The notes below the pieces were generated by a model. The model did not search any database, had not been told where the DNA came from, and saw only the letters and a program-made list of their open reading frames with translations. This document shows, piece after piece, positions 1-12,629 of a stretch of DNA of 64,000 nt; the first letter of the stretch is position 1; every line of letters begins with the position of its first letter. The stretch is taken from positions 5,146,001 through 5,210,000 of the forward strand of contig CM060733.1 of NCBI GenBank assembly GCA_030704615.1, given 5' to 3'. Made by a program: the position numbers and the translations under genes. This DNA comes from Takakia lepidozioides. Lineage: Eukaryota > Plantae > Bryophyta.

Positions 1-346
1 TTAGATGGGCTGCCATGTGGTTTTTTTCATTATTATAAAATGCATTATGCCACATGGCACAACGCGGTATGACGTGGCGTCTGACATATTTTTTATTTTT
101 TAAAATTATTTTTTAATCAATTGTGCCTCGCCACGTGAAGCGGTAGCGGCGATTGCAGTATGATATATATGACTACAGTGAGAGATATCACTTGGTTTAT
201 TTGACTGTAGTCATCTGGACCGTACCATCCTGTACTCATTGTATTGACTTGGTTTGCACGACTTACAGTCATAGAAGTCATATGTACCATTTATGACTGT
301 AGAATAGTCGTATATACAGTCATAAATACCGCGATCTATTGTAGTG
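1..346. mobile_element. Right end of a CACTA (En/Spm) DNA transposon; rest lies upstream of the window
   Basis: Ends in TTGTAGTG (reverse complement CACTACAA) at 339-346. Direct and inverted ATGACTGTA/TACAGTCAT subterminal repeats at ~165-325. Copia RT coding sequence starts immediately after 346. Confidence 0.7.
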
Positions 347-915
347 AACAGTGCAAAGGTTTAAGTCTTGGCTTGTAGCAAAAGGATAATTTACACAAAG
401 GGAGGGGATCGATTACACTGAGACATTTAGTCCCGTGGCAAAGTTCGACTCGATCAGAACGTCCATTCTGTCGATTGCAGCAGCCGAGGATCTCGAAATT
501 ACTCAATTTGATGTATGCACTGCATTTCTCTACGGTGAGATTGACGAGATCATATACATGGAGCAACCAATTGGTTTCCAAGGCCCAACGTCACCAACGA
601 AAGTTTGCAGACTGAGAAAAGCGATCTTGAAGCAGTCATCGCGAGTCTGGAACTAGAAGTTCGATGCAATCCTAAAGGATTTTGATCTGAAGGTATCTAC
701 AGCTGAATGTTGTATAATGTGAACAAGAGTGATCCCAAGCTGATTATGGCGGTCTGGGTAGACGATGGGATCGTCACTAGCAATGACATGCTTACACACA
801 TAAAAGGAGCGTTCAAGATTACTACAGGACTGGGAGAAATGTACGTGGGCCACTGTTCGAGACAAGATGAATCGAAGTCTCAGCATTGACCAGAACAGGT
901 ACATCGTACGGATTT
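347..915 (+). mobile_element. Degenerate Ty1/Copia reverse transcriptase fragment
   Basis: Translates to RFKSWLVAKG..TQREGIDYTETFSPVAK..QFDVCTAFLYGEIDEIIYMEQPIGF..LKQSSRVWN and WVDDGIV, the classic Copia RT motifs, with stops and frameshifts. Confidence 0.92.
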
Positions 916-2186
916 ACAATTGGACAGTTGATATAGGTAGATATTGAGGTTAGAAATCCAGCATGGAATTTTGTTTTCAACATTATTGATTATATTCAAA
1001 GCAATTCATGAGATCATGCACGACAGTCACTGAAAATTGTGCCAGTAACGCAGTTTTTGGTCCACCTTAGCCTGCATCTACCCTAACAGATAAACTAAAG
1101 TCATTGACAGGTGGGCCAGAGACATTCCGTATGAGCTCTATAGCGTCCACAACATGTATCTTTGGCTCAGAATTAGATGGACCCGCACCAAGAAATATGG
1201 AAGAGAGCTCGAGAGATCCTCCCCATCTAGCCTAGCCCGCTTCAAATGTCGCATCTCCGTTGTACCCAATAATTGGTAGATAAAGGTGAAATATTCTTTG
1301 GGTAGAAAAAGTTGGTGGAGATGGAGGCATGCTTGCGCAGCATGTTGGTTAGAAGGATGGCAAAAAATAAATAAATACTAATATTATTTATATTAGTATA
1401 TAACAAATATGTAGAATACACACTGCAAGCGAGGCCTGTTTTATTTATTTATGTTTTTTGAGAAAATATAAATTTGGTAGGAGAGGTGGAGCTGACAAAG
1501 GTTCTAAAGGGGGAAATGCAACTAGAGGTGTGCAATTTGGGATGTGAAAGTGATGATGCCCTTAGGTGCCGCATAATTGGACTTCCATTGACCCAGTTTA
1601 ACACCCAAATCACATTGTCGAGAGCCCAAGCCCCCATGCCTTTTTATATAAAAGAAGAACTAATCTAAATAGTAGGTGACCAGCCCTCATCGGGTCCACT
1701 GATTACATTATTCCTCATTATACATGAGCTGCTAGGGTGTCTAATCTTGTTGCTGTTGGCTGAAGACAAGGTAGCAACACCAAAATTAGGTTCCATTTGA
1801 GAAAAAAAAAAAGGTCCGCACTAACTTTCTCAACCACCACTTGTTTTTCATCCATGTAATGATCAGAAGAGCATCTGGCTCAAGACGAATCCATCCTTCC
1901 ACAGGATTGAACGTGTTGTGTACTCCCCTCATAGTGTGATGAATGATGATGTCATGGGCGCCGTTGCGAAGTGGGGATCTCGAAGAGTTCGGAATGACGA
2001 GACAATTCTGGGCACAAATTCCAAAAGATGCATAGTAGATGGCATTCAATGGTTAGTCAGTGGTGAGGGAAAGAGTGGGAAATGTCTATGTATTGATGAG
2101 GGATCAGAGCTTTTCACTTCAATCATGCTCCTTCACGCACTCCATTCTCTGTTCTTCAATTTTCTATTTAGGTTGCACACTCAGAC

Positions 2187-2648
2187 ATGGGCGTGGCCAA
2201 AGCCAATTTTATTCTTCTGGTGCTTGCTTTTCTCACATCCCAAACAACTGTGCGAGGCGACGCAAATGGTGAGTTTTCCATGCAGCCTCCAAGTGTTCTC
2301 TAGAGCACATCCTCTCTCGTAAGTCAGAACGGAAACTACAAATTGACAATGCAGAGCGACTACAATTTGGTGTTGTACCAGCCCAACAGAGGCAATAACC
2401 AAGCGCTATGGGCCTCCCAGACCAGTGGCAGAGGTAACAACTGCTATTTGATGATGCAGTCGGATGGAAACGTGGTCGTCTATGATGGATTCAGTAACAG
2501 TATGTGGGCATCTCAAACACAAAAGAGTGGCGGCTGTGATGTCTTTCCTACGCTGACCGCGTATACACTAAATATGCAGGATGATGGCAACCTTGTCTTG
2601 TACTGTGGGTCTTCTCCTCTCTGGTCCACTGGGACATATGGTCAATAG
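2187..2648 (+). pseudogene. Secreted GNA/bulb-type mannose-binding lectin with one in-frame TAG
   Basis: ATG at 2187 gives signal peptide MGVAKANFILLVLAFLTS. TAG at 2301-2303 is in frame. Three QxDxNxVxY motifs follow in the same frame (QSDYNLVLY, QSDGNVVVY, QDDGNLVLY), then LWST. Confidence 0.85.
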
Positions 2649-2885
2649 GCTGATACACTGAGCTCAATGTGAGACAATAGTATTGAAGGCAATCAGTTTT
2701 TGGTGGACCTGATACATGCAGAAGAAATATAAATTGGGTGTGAATGCATCTTATTATTAATAGTCTGCTTGGTATGATCTGCCTAAAAAATGTTAGTGAT
2801 ACAGAGAGTCCTTGAAAGATCTCATAAAATGTGCACATGAGCATAGATCATGTGGACCATTAAATACAATCACCTAGTTATGCAC

Positions 2886-4846
2886 ATGAATTGGAGCTGC
2901 CGGCAAACAGCAAGGTGCATCCGGTATTCCACGTATCCCTTTTGAAGCCTTACTTCAAAGATGAAGCGCGTCCGAATCGGCCTCAAGTGTTCCGTCCGCC
3001 ACCTGTGCTGTTGGATCATGAAAATGAACCTGAGTACGAGGTGGAGGCAGTGTTTAGGTCGAGGAGGTTCAAGAATCGAGAAATGGAGTATCTCGTGAAA
3101 TGGAAGGGCTATAATCATGTGGAGGCATCTTGGGTGCGTGCCTCAGAAATGGGGAACGCATCCGAGGCAGTTGCAGCTTTCGAAGGGCGACCTCAAAAGC
3201 GGAAGAAGCGTTGATGGGGACATCAACCTTGGAGCGTGGGGGAGGAAATGCAGGCTTAGCCCGGCTTAGCTAGCTCAGAAATCCGATTGCAAAAACTTGT
3301 ATTGTACAAATTTTGTTATAAATGAAATGGTTTCCAAATGTTGTGCGTCCTATTTTGTTTGGAATGGTGATGCATGGTATGGTTGGCTAGTGAGTAGAAT
3401 ACATGCTAAGCTTACAAAGTGGGAGAGGTAAATTGGATTAATCGTGTGTTTGTGTAGTGCCGAAATCGGGTGACTCCTACCCAAGGGGCAAAGAAACTTG
3501 CACCTTCGTTGGGAGTTCACGTGCTAGTGCGCACCTGGCGCGTGCGCGTCTTATAACTGCGCTACTGAGGGGGTTGTCTTGTAGTGCGGGTTAACGCGGA
3601 AGCCACATGCTTCCGTTCACGTACTATAATCGTGTAGCCTCGGGACGAAGTCGTAGTGCGGCTTTGGCGTGTTCCCGTATCTCAGGCCAGCATTCCAAGG
3701 CGGACCCAATTGTAGTGATTGGGGCGCACGGTTGGTTCAAGGTTATCTTCCTAGTCAAAAAGGGTTCAAGACGAACCTTTGCTCAAGGTGATCCCAAAAG
3801 CGACATCACGAGCGGTCACAAACAAATGTTGTTGTAGTAAGGCGATTCGATCCTCGGGGAGGATCGTTCCTTGGCCCTGAAGTAGGTCAAGAAGAGTGCA
3901 CTGGGAGGAGCTTGAGAGGCTCCACCCTTGGCCGGGACTTGGAGGAAGTCGGCAGAACTAGCTAGTGGAGAGTAAAGTCAAGTGGGGGTTTGGTTCTTAG
4001 CCATGGGACGCCATGGTGCGGAAACAAACTCCTTGATGTGGGACGCCACAACTTGGATGTTCGTTTCTACAAACTGGACAAGTCGATGAGGACATCGACT
4101 CCCAGTTGGTAGGGGTGTGTGTCGCAGCCCTTTGCCTCGAGGCAGGGGGTCGGGACGCAGGAGGGGCTGCTCCTGTGGTGGGGGCAGTGGCAGCGATAGG
4201 TACGGGGGGCTGAAGCACCCTTGAGTGCCTAAGGCACTCAAGGAGGGAGAGGCGCTCACTAGGTGGAGCCCCGCACACCGAGTTGCGGTGGGGGTGGCTC
4301 CACAAGGGGTGGTGGTAGCTTAGTGGGACTTAGTGGGGGTGGCATAGGACTCACCATGGGGGCGGAGACCTTGTGGTGGGAGTCGTGGGGAGTCTTGGGA
4401 CTCATCACGATCCAATGGGATCGTGGTGAGTGGGCCAAGACTCACCGCGACTCATCACCGGAATCGAGGGTTTTCGTGGTGGTTCGCCATAAAAGGGCAT
4501 GGTTGTTTGTGAAACCCCCGCGGACAGTCACAGAAGTAAATATAGGGGGAGTAGTAACCCCGAGAACGGTGCAAGCCCGTTGGTGACCAAAAACTAGTGA
4601 GTAAGCGTGCGAGCCGGAAAGCGACCAAGGTGTGGGGAGCTATTCCGGACTGCCATCGACCAAAGGGAATTTCCACTAGGCCCAAATTGGGAGAGGGTCT
4701 TGTGGAGGAGTAAAAGAGGACCGTTATGTCCCGGTGAGCAGCCGAAGCTCCGAGTTGGCCCGAGGGCCAGTTAGGGAGTTAGGCGCGCGCATCAGAGCGA
4801 GTATCTATGACTTGAAGGGGAGCTTACCGAAGTGAGGTGCGCGACA
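2886..4846 (+). mobile_element. 5'-truncated Ty3/Gypsy chromovirus copy (integrase tail, chromodomain, 3' UTR, 3' LTR 4120-4846); same family as 44566-51537
   Basis: ORF 2891-3214 ([26 protein letters not shown]) is nearly identical to the end of 48504-49907. LTR TGTCGC..GCGACA aligns to the LTRs at 44566 and 50814 with more divergence than those two show. Confidence 0.95.
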
Positions 4847-4914
4847 TAAACGGATGCATATATATGTGTGTGTGTATGTGTGTAACTTTCGTAGGATTTG
4901 GTGAATGATCGTGG

Positions 4915-6000
4915 TGTCATGGTTTTTGTCATGGTTAACTATAATTACGTACTTCTAGTTAATGAGGACATTTTGGATATTTATATTTATATTTTGTGTG
5001 TTGGGACTTCATTTCGTCTCATATGCCAGGTGAGGTGTTAAGCCTCACTTGGGACACGGGGGAGAGGTTTTCCCCTTGCAAGGGTTGAGGAGGCTCATCT
5101 TCTTGTAGTTGAGCCTCCATGATCATCTCTCACCTCCATAGCTCTAGGTATTGAGAGGGAGTGTGTTGAGGGCTTTGTAGGGTGGATTTCTTAAGCAAAG
5201 GTGCCATTGGCTTGACTTACTATGATAAAGTGGATTCCTGGTCTGGTACCCTGCTGCGATACCCTTCCCCTTTTCTCCAATTTGATTTATCTCTCTTCCT
5301 CCGGACATCTAAAGCTACTATAGACGCTAGTAGCAACAAAAGAACACTTGACAAGATGGTGAGAAGAAGACAACGTGCTGAAGAACATGAGCATTAACAA
5401 TCCTTTAGTCAGTCTTGTGTGTGTGGAAGCATGGATTCTAGGGTTTGAGAATCCATTCTATGCATTACAAAGTCGATGGTTTATGCCATGACAATCCTTG
5501 TAAAATCTTGTGACTCAACAGCTTTCTTCTCTAACTCTCCAACTCCTTGGTGCATGCAACATCCGAGAACCTTTCCTTGCAACCCCTTGCAAGCCTTGTG
5601 ATACACAAGCTAAATTCTCCTAGCTCTCAACCTCCTTAACATACAAGTGCAAAACTAATCCTTACACTCCGCACTCACAAGCATAATGAGATCTTCTTAT
5701 AGTGATAAGAGATGAGAAATGAGAGAAGTGGAAGACAATGAAAACTCTCTGAGCATAAACAATCTCTAGCAATCTAGAGTTAAACAAGTTCAAAGTATGG
5801 ATGTTGTGGAAGAGAAGCCAAAAAGCTATATAGGCTTGGGCTTTTGAAGACAACAAGGGCAAACACTTGGAGAGCACTAAGAAGCTCGAGAGGTTTTGAA
5901 AGTGAGCATGTGAAGAAATCTTCCAATCATGGTGGTCAAATTTTGGTAAGTTACTCTCCGTTGCATGTTTCACTAAATACTGCCTTATCTGCTCGATATA
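4915..6000 (+). mobile_element. LTR (~4915-5227) and adjacent internal sequence of a second, degenerate LTR retrotransposon family
   Basis: TGTCATGG..CTATGATA ends, followed by NNN-TGG. Clearly homologous to 53684-53970 (shared GGGACTTCATTT, CCTCACTTGGGAC, GCAAAGGTGCCATTGGCTTGACTTA). Right boundary is approximate. Confidence 0.65.
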
Positions 6001-6511
6001 CTTTGACGACTGACGTATTCCTTTCGAGTTTTTCCTCCTTGTCAACAATAGCTGTACAACTATATATATCAACCTATATCAATCTGGACTCTGAAATTGA
6101 ACAACTGTCTTGCTTATGCAATTCATGCTTTATGTCTTTTGGATGTTGAGGGCAACCAAATCAATGGCTTTACTGTGACAGTGAGTACTGTGGTAATGAC
6201 ATCAAATACGCCCCTAAATCACGATCTGGCAGTCCATTCGCGACAAACACCAACAACTATGTTGTTGGGCTTGAAGTGCCAAAATGATCTATACATCAAG
6301 TATGTTCCCAGCTCCCTTTCCTGACCAGCAATTGCACAAATTTCATGTAAATGTATCGCTTTAGACTACCCCTTCCTCTTAGCTGGTAACCACCCGGCAT
6401 AAGTTCGACATTTATAAATCTCGGTGCCTACTTCTCCATTGGAATAGTTATTCTTTTCTTTGGCCTCTAATATTTTGAATCGGTTTTGAATAGGAGAGTT
6501 AATTGGTGGGC

Positions 6512-6735
6512 TAGGGAATTCCAAAAAGGCCTTGATGTGAAATGCATCGCAATTCACTTGATCACCCCCTAAAAGTGCGCAATTCAATTGAATCACCCCC
6601 TTGCCAATTCGCAATTCAATTGAATCGTGTGCCGACAATTCAATTGAATTGCAAATTAGGGTTAGTTCAATTGAATTGCGCACTTTTAAGTGAATTGTGA
6701 TGCATTTCACATCGAGGCCTTTTTGGAATTCCCTA
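6512..6735. mobile_element. MITE-like foldback element with ~48-bp terminal inverted repeats
   Basis: TAGGGAATTCCAAAAAGGCC.. at 6512 and its reverse complement ending at 6735. Flanking direct repeat GGTGGGC at 6505-6511 and 6736-6742. Internal TTCAATTGAA palindromes. Confidence 0.85.
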
Positions 6736-7640
6736 GGTGGGCCCCTAACATTACATACGCAAAGAACACAATAATGTCTTGATTGTGGAGGCGAGAACAC
6801 ACAATCTGGATAGCCTGTATCAATGAAAATTCTAAATGGTAGGCATGTGCTTGGTCAAACCATTTTTTTCAGTATGAAAATGGAGAATGGTAGAAAATTT
6901 GGCGTAGCATTTTTGTTATAATCTTCATAATTAGACGGTCAAATCTCCTTATTTTCTTACAGCAGGTGCATGAAGTAGGTACGATCACTTTCGTATGGTT
7001 CATCCCATTGGATGTTTGTCAAATGAGAGATATACCCTCATCTATGAGGGTACGTCTGGTTTTGGACGGGCCCAAAAGAAACAGGCTAGTGGGGGTTAAT
7101 CGCAAGTATTGGTGCTAAGCATCAAAACCCTTGGCGTATGTTTTGGCATCTCGGCCGTAGATGCAATGCCGTTTCCAACGCCTCTGATTTTATCTAATAT
7201 TATGCCATCCAACGGTTGAGATTTGAAAATGTTACAACCCAAAGAGCCGTTTATAATAGTTATCATGGATGGACATGGATGAATGTTGGCCTTCTTTCAA
7301 AAGCGCGAGCTCTACCCGAGGTAAGGCGATGGAGGGGTGGTGCCCACGCAGCCTCCAATTCAGGCTTTCGTACCCTGCACTCCACCTTCTCTCTCTCGAG
7401 TATAAATTGGCTTCTCCTTTTTCTCGATCTGGCCTCCTGAAATTTACGCTTGCCAGCATGTGTTGACTATGGATTATGTACTACAGCTCGAGGATCTGTC
7501 TACCGTGATGTGCTTCTCTTGTCTCTGTAGATTCCAGATATGTCTCTCGTTTCCAGTGTGCAGTGTTTCTGAGTCTCTCAATTTCAACTCAACAACCAAT
7601 CGAGCTTTCCAGAGATTTCCGAAACTGCCATCTGCTGACG

Positions 7641-8891
7641 ATGACGAAGAGGGAGCGGAGATTGAGACTGGGGGATTCCGTGTCTGACACAATGGTTGAT
7701 GTAGAATCGGAGATGAGCATGAGCACAAGCGACCTATCCCCACAATTGTGGAGCACATTGCCAGAAGACTTGCTGGAAAGGGTTTTCCTTTTACTTCCTG
7801 TCCATAGGCTTTTTCGTGCGCGCTTGGTTTGCAGGAGGTGGAATTCCATCCTCGGCCCTGGCGATTACCTCCGCCAGCTTCAGATCAACGGCAATTTTCC
7901 ATCTCGAGCTTGCCAGCCAGCATGGTTCATTATGTGTGCAGATTACAATGTGGAGATGGTGTTTGCATACGATCCCACTGAAGAAAAGTGGCATAGTTTG
8001 AGACTCCCGGTTTTCCCTGCTTCTTCGACGCTCCTGGCATCAGCGGGCGGTATTCTTTGCTTTGGAGACCAGCCTGAGACTGACACTTTTGGGTTCTCAG
8101 AGCTTTTCGTTTGCAACCCTCTTCTGAGTTCCTGCCAAACCATTCGGCCGCCCACGAACGTGCGAACGAAATCCTCGATCTTCTCACACGTTGTTGGCAT
8201 GGTTGTGAATGAAGCTAGTCCATCAGCCTGCTTCACGATAGTGATGATTGTGCTCAATGATAATCAAAGCCTTGGTGAATGTAAGCTGACAACTCATGTT
8301 TTCAATTCGGCAACAGGGCTGTGGATGACGAAGTCCGCTGCTCTAGGGGGCGTTCCAAATGGTAGCCTGGGGAGCTCCTCCGTCTGTATCAAGGGTGTGC
8401 TGTACTGCATGGTCTCCTGGCCCCACCATGTGTTAGGATTTGATGTCGAAACAGGGTCATGGACAATCTTGGAGGCACACATTCCGGGGTCTACTTGGTG
8501 GGGTCAGTCCTATTTGACTGGACAGGCGGAGCGCCTTCTTTTGGTAGGAGAAGACATTTCTCCCGAGTATTTGGATTCCGGGGACTGGACCGATAGTATC
8601 TGTATCTGGGAACTTGACCAGTCTGACCTAAAGTGGATAGAAGTTGATCGGATGTGCCCCGATGCATGCCAGCGGCTCATTGGTAGTGATAAGACAGGAT
8701 ACTTCTCTTGCGCCGGACGTGACGATCTCATCTACTTTTTCTACAACGGGAGCAAGGAGGAGGTGCAAGTGCTGGCATACACTATATCTCAAAAATCGTG
8801 GAAATGGTTGCCGAAGTGTCCGACCATGACTGAAAACAATTTATTCCAGGGAGTGTTCTTTACACCCAGCGCCATGCCTACTTTTCTCTAG
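7641..8891 (+). CDS. F-box protein with C-terminal kelch/FBA-like beta-propeller (single coding exon)
   Basis: F-box LWSTLPEDLLERVFLLLPVHRLFRARLVCRRWNSI; AYDPTEEKW, LLASAGGILC, LFVCNPL, IWELD, AYTISQKSWKWLP; C-terminal FFTP. First ATG at 7641. Confidence 0.9.
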   Translation: MTKRERRLRLGDSVSDTMVDVESEMSMSTSDLSPQLWSTLPEDLLERVFLLLPVHRLFRARLVCRRWNSILGPGDYLRQLQINGNFPSRACQPAWFIMCADYNVEMVFAYDPTEEKWHSLRLPVFPASSTLLASAGGILCFGDQPETDTFGFSELFVCNPLLSSCQTIRPPTNVRTKSSIFSHVVGMVVNEASPSACFTIVMIVLNDNQSLGECKLTTHVFNSATGLWMTKSAALGGVPNGSLGSSSVCIKGVLYCMVSWPHHVLGFDVETGSWTILEAHIPGSTWWGQSYLTGQAERLLLVGEDISPEYLDSGDWTDSICIWELDQSDLKWIEVDRMCPDACQRLIGSDKTGYFSCAGRDDLIYFFYNGSKEEVQVLAYTISQKSWKWLPKCPTMTENNLFQGVFFTPSAMPTFL

Positions 8892-10776
8892 GTGCCCTTT
8901 GTCTGCTCTAAGTAGATGTGATGGGTATGATCTAAAATATAGCAGGGTCACAGGTCCTCTTGGGTTCAGCCACACCAGGGTATGGAACTCAGCCCCAGAG
9001 TGCCTTTGCTTTTGTGGGCAGACATTGCTTGAAGGACATTGTGTGCTGGTTTTAGGTTTTACATCATACTTATATGCATGACATTGAATGCAACAAGCTG
9101 CCTACCTTACCCATGGTTTTGGTTGTACTGCCAGTTGCCTTTCTGGGAAATAGGCAGCAGAGAAACGAAGCGGTGTGGGGGGCCACAGTCCCCAGTTGAA
9201 AAGTTGAAGTGCAAGGAATAGTTTCTGAACCCACAAGTTCAGGTATACTTCAATGCTGTCAAGACACTCATATGTGTTATTTGTTTATGCTGGCAAGGTA
9301 GGTAGAGCAATTTCGGGTGATCTAGGGGCCTAGATAGCAAGCCTTCAGATTCCTAAGTAGGGAACTCTCTATAGTTGTCAAAATCTTCAAATGCAGAATC
9401 CTTACAACTCTCTGCCCTTAAGTAGCCGTACGCCAGAACAAATGACCTTTTCCTTCCACACTAGTACACTTGACCCTTCCTGTAATGTTGAGAATGGCAC
9501 ATTATTTTCTGTGTAAGAACTAAGGCATTCTCTCTGTAAGATTGTAACAACTGGTAGGGAAGCAAATGCCTGCAAGGCTATGGCTTCGTCAGAAGATCCA
9601 TAATTTCAGTGCACTCCATGCGATAGCTTGATCTAAGCATAATCTGAAACAAATCAATCGTGAAAAATGTATGGAGTATCGTACTCACTCTCATCTACTG
9701 TTGCTTGCAGGTTGTCAGCACCATGTGCAAGACAGTGGGATTTATATTTCAGCAATCCTCTTGTCAGCATCAAGTTTGATGCTTATGTTGCCAAGGTTCA
9801 GAACCTGTCGGAAGGCAATTTATTGCCATACACGATGTTGAGTACACATTCTCTAGCTGTCCTCCTCCCTGGTGGGAGCAGACTATCCTGGCCCATCTGA
9901 GGTTACTGGGGGTGGCACCTGTGGGGGGAGACAAAGTGGGTGCTAGTCCAACTGGTAGAACACATTCCTGGCATTGGGGTTGAGCAGGGGAAGATGTGTG
10001 GGCAGGCAATTTCTATCTTGGCACTTTGTGCTGATCATTGTCTGGCTTAGGGGTTCCGCCTTTGCCTGTTCACATCATACCTTTTATGAACACAAGTGGT
10101 TTTCAAAGAGAGAGACACACACACTAGAGGAGAGTATTATATGATTGGGTGTATGGGCCCTCCTGGGTCTGACCTTTTTGCTGGCTTTCAGACTAATGGT
10201 GGTAAAGGCCTTCAATGAAATTCTGGAATATGAGAAGTACGCAGTCATTAAAAGGTGTTCTTGTATGTAGGCAAAAAGGCTTAAGAGAGTTGTAGTCCCT
10301 TGAGAAAACTCTTTCTGAGCCCCTCCCTCTCAAAACATGGAAGCCACTGGGATGTAATCAACAATAAACAGTCCCTTCTAAACTTGACACTTCTGAATCT
10401 TGACTTCCAATTACCCAGTTTGAAGCTGTCCGAAGAGCCAAACTGCCTCTCCACTTGGCAAAGAATAAGCACTATGATGGGAAATGAACATGAATGTGAG
10501 AAGCTTGAGCATTCAATAATCAGGAAATCACGGTATGCTATGCACCCTTCACTAGTTAGAGTGTGCTTGAGACATTTGTGTGATGAACCCAAGCCTCGAA
10601 CATGGCATTGTCAACTGGCAGTCCTTTTGAAATTGACAGAGACACATACATCTGAAAGGCAACCCAAGAGCAGCTTAAACACAGCAAGAAGAAGAGCGGC
10701 TCCTTCATTCTTTGAATATGTCACACGGAATTACCCCACTGATAAATAGTAAGACTATCGAGACACTCGCATAAGT

Positions 10777-10850
10777 GGCCTTTTAGCTCAGTTGGTTAGA
10801 GCGTCGTGCTAATAACGCGAAGGTCGCAGGTTCGAAACCTGCATGGGCCA
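10777..10850 (+). tRNA. trnI-AAU: tRNA-Ile (anticodon AAT)
   Basis: GGCCTTTTAGCTCAGTTGGTTAGAGCGTCGTGCTAATAACGCGAAGGTCGCAGGTTCGAAACCTGCATGGGCCA folds as a cloverleaf with A and B boxes. A T5 Pol III terminator follows at ~10858-10862. Confidence 0.97.
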
Positions 10851-12629
10851 TTCCTCGTTTTTGCTGCAGTCCTAATTCTTAATGGAGTTGTTTTCCTGTC
10901 CCTTTTTGGTACCGGGTGATACTTCATTCCGATTAGTTTATGAAGAGGAGTTTTTGGTTGAAGAACAGAAATCTCCTTGTGGAGTGGTGACCCTGCCTCG
11001 ATACAGCAGTGTGCTGATTTCTGTGCTTGGGAAGTTTTGATTCGGTCTTCCAATATACTAAATTAGAATCCTCGTCTCGCTCAAATGTGCAATGCAATGA
11101 ACAGTTTGAATCATGATGCGGCCATATTTGTGCCAGCAATGTCGCATTGCAAGTCAAACTTGTTAGGGCTTCAATGACACTTTTGGCAGGGGCGTGCATG
11201 CTTGAGAATAACAAGGGCTGACAGTCTAAAAGAGTTGCTCAAGTGAGAAATGGTGGAGAAAGCTTCGAAACTATTGTTTGGCACATTCTGAATGCGGCAC
11301 ATGGAAGAAGTTTCTATCAATTTCATCTGCTTTACTCGTGTACAACATGAAGGGGCCTTTTACGGATCCTCAGTTTTATAAGAAGCGTTATCCCGATTCA
11401 CAATACTCATGCAGAAAGTTTGGACGCAAGGGCAAAGACGGTGACTGCAACTTTTTCAGCATCTTCAAGGTGCTTGCTATCTTGAATGCTCTCTTTTTTA
11501 GATAATGAACTCAGAACTCGGAAATCCTCAAGAACCAGTACTCAAATCATCTTTTGACATGTTTCCTTCCCTCATGAAGACCTCAGGAAGATCTATAGTA
11601 CTCCAACGTTTAGCATTACACTGGAAGTCATGAACTACATCCACTAGATTAGCACCTCCTCCAACAGTTTTCAAGCTGATAGAACTATCCTGGAATCACC
11701 AATGCCGTCCAGGCTTCTGACAAGTGCTCGCCCACGCGGATGTCGTCAACTTTTATTCAAATGAGCGCGTCCAGTCAAAACAAATTCTCGTAGCGTCCGA
11801 GGTATGATCTCGCAGTACGTGTGTGTACACAGAAACAACCTCCATGATATCATGAATACATAACACAGCTTGTTTACGTACTGAGTGGTCATGTATCGGG
11901 ATATGTAGAAAACTTTGTCCGTAGAAAATCACACAAACACTGCTTGCAGCGATTCGTTCATGAGCATTGACCATGTGTTTAACTCGAGAATCAACCAGTC
12001 TCAATTTCGTTTTCAAGATATCCATGTCAAAAGAACATTTCTACCAGCAAGTTTCCACACGTATCCAGGTAGTAATTGTCCTGCACGGAGGCCACCAGTA
12101 CGTATGCCATGGTTTTGATGATTTTTGAGAAGTGGCTCCAATATCCTGCCAACGTCACACAAGTGCAAGAAGCAGTTATGAGCATGTAACATCATGGCTC
12201 AAGCTGGCAAACACTAATTACTCACAAGTGCTGCCTTCATATGTCAACCTGTAAAGCCTAAGTAGATCATTGACGGATATCAAATTCCTGGATCAATATC
12301 AAACGTGCAGGGACTAGCTGATCATTGATGAATTGGCCGACTCCTATTTTTTATCAGCGAAGACTCTTTATGCAAGCGTGGCTCTCTCCACTGCCTCCCC
12401 TGGAGCCTCTCGGTACCAATGCTAAAACACTTCACCTTGATCTTCAGATTTTTCTACTCTGTTAAATCGTGACATATCTGCCCTGGAGAACTTAAATGTC
12501 ACGTTCATCTTGATATGATTGCTGATCATGGGAGTATTTTGCATGTACCACTACATAAGGTTCAGGACTGCCAAAGAACTGCAAATGTTATATACTAAAA
12601 AGGAGTAAGCGCATAGCTACATTAGAATT

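Noticed and set aside
3600-4700. Short ORFs within the chromovirus 3' UTR and LTRs (also 44500-45130 and 50600-51400)
   Set aside because: GC-rich non-coding sequence; frames are broken by indels between copies.
10900-12500. Possible decayed coding sequence
   Set aside because: Only short ORFs with no recognisable motif.
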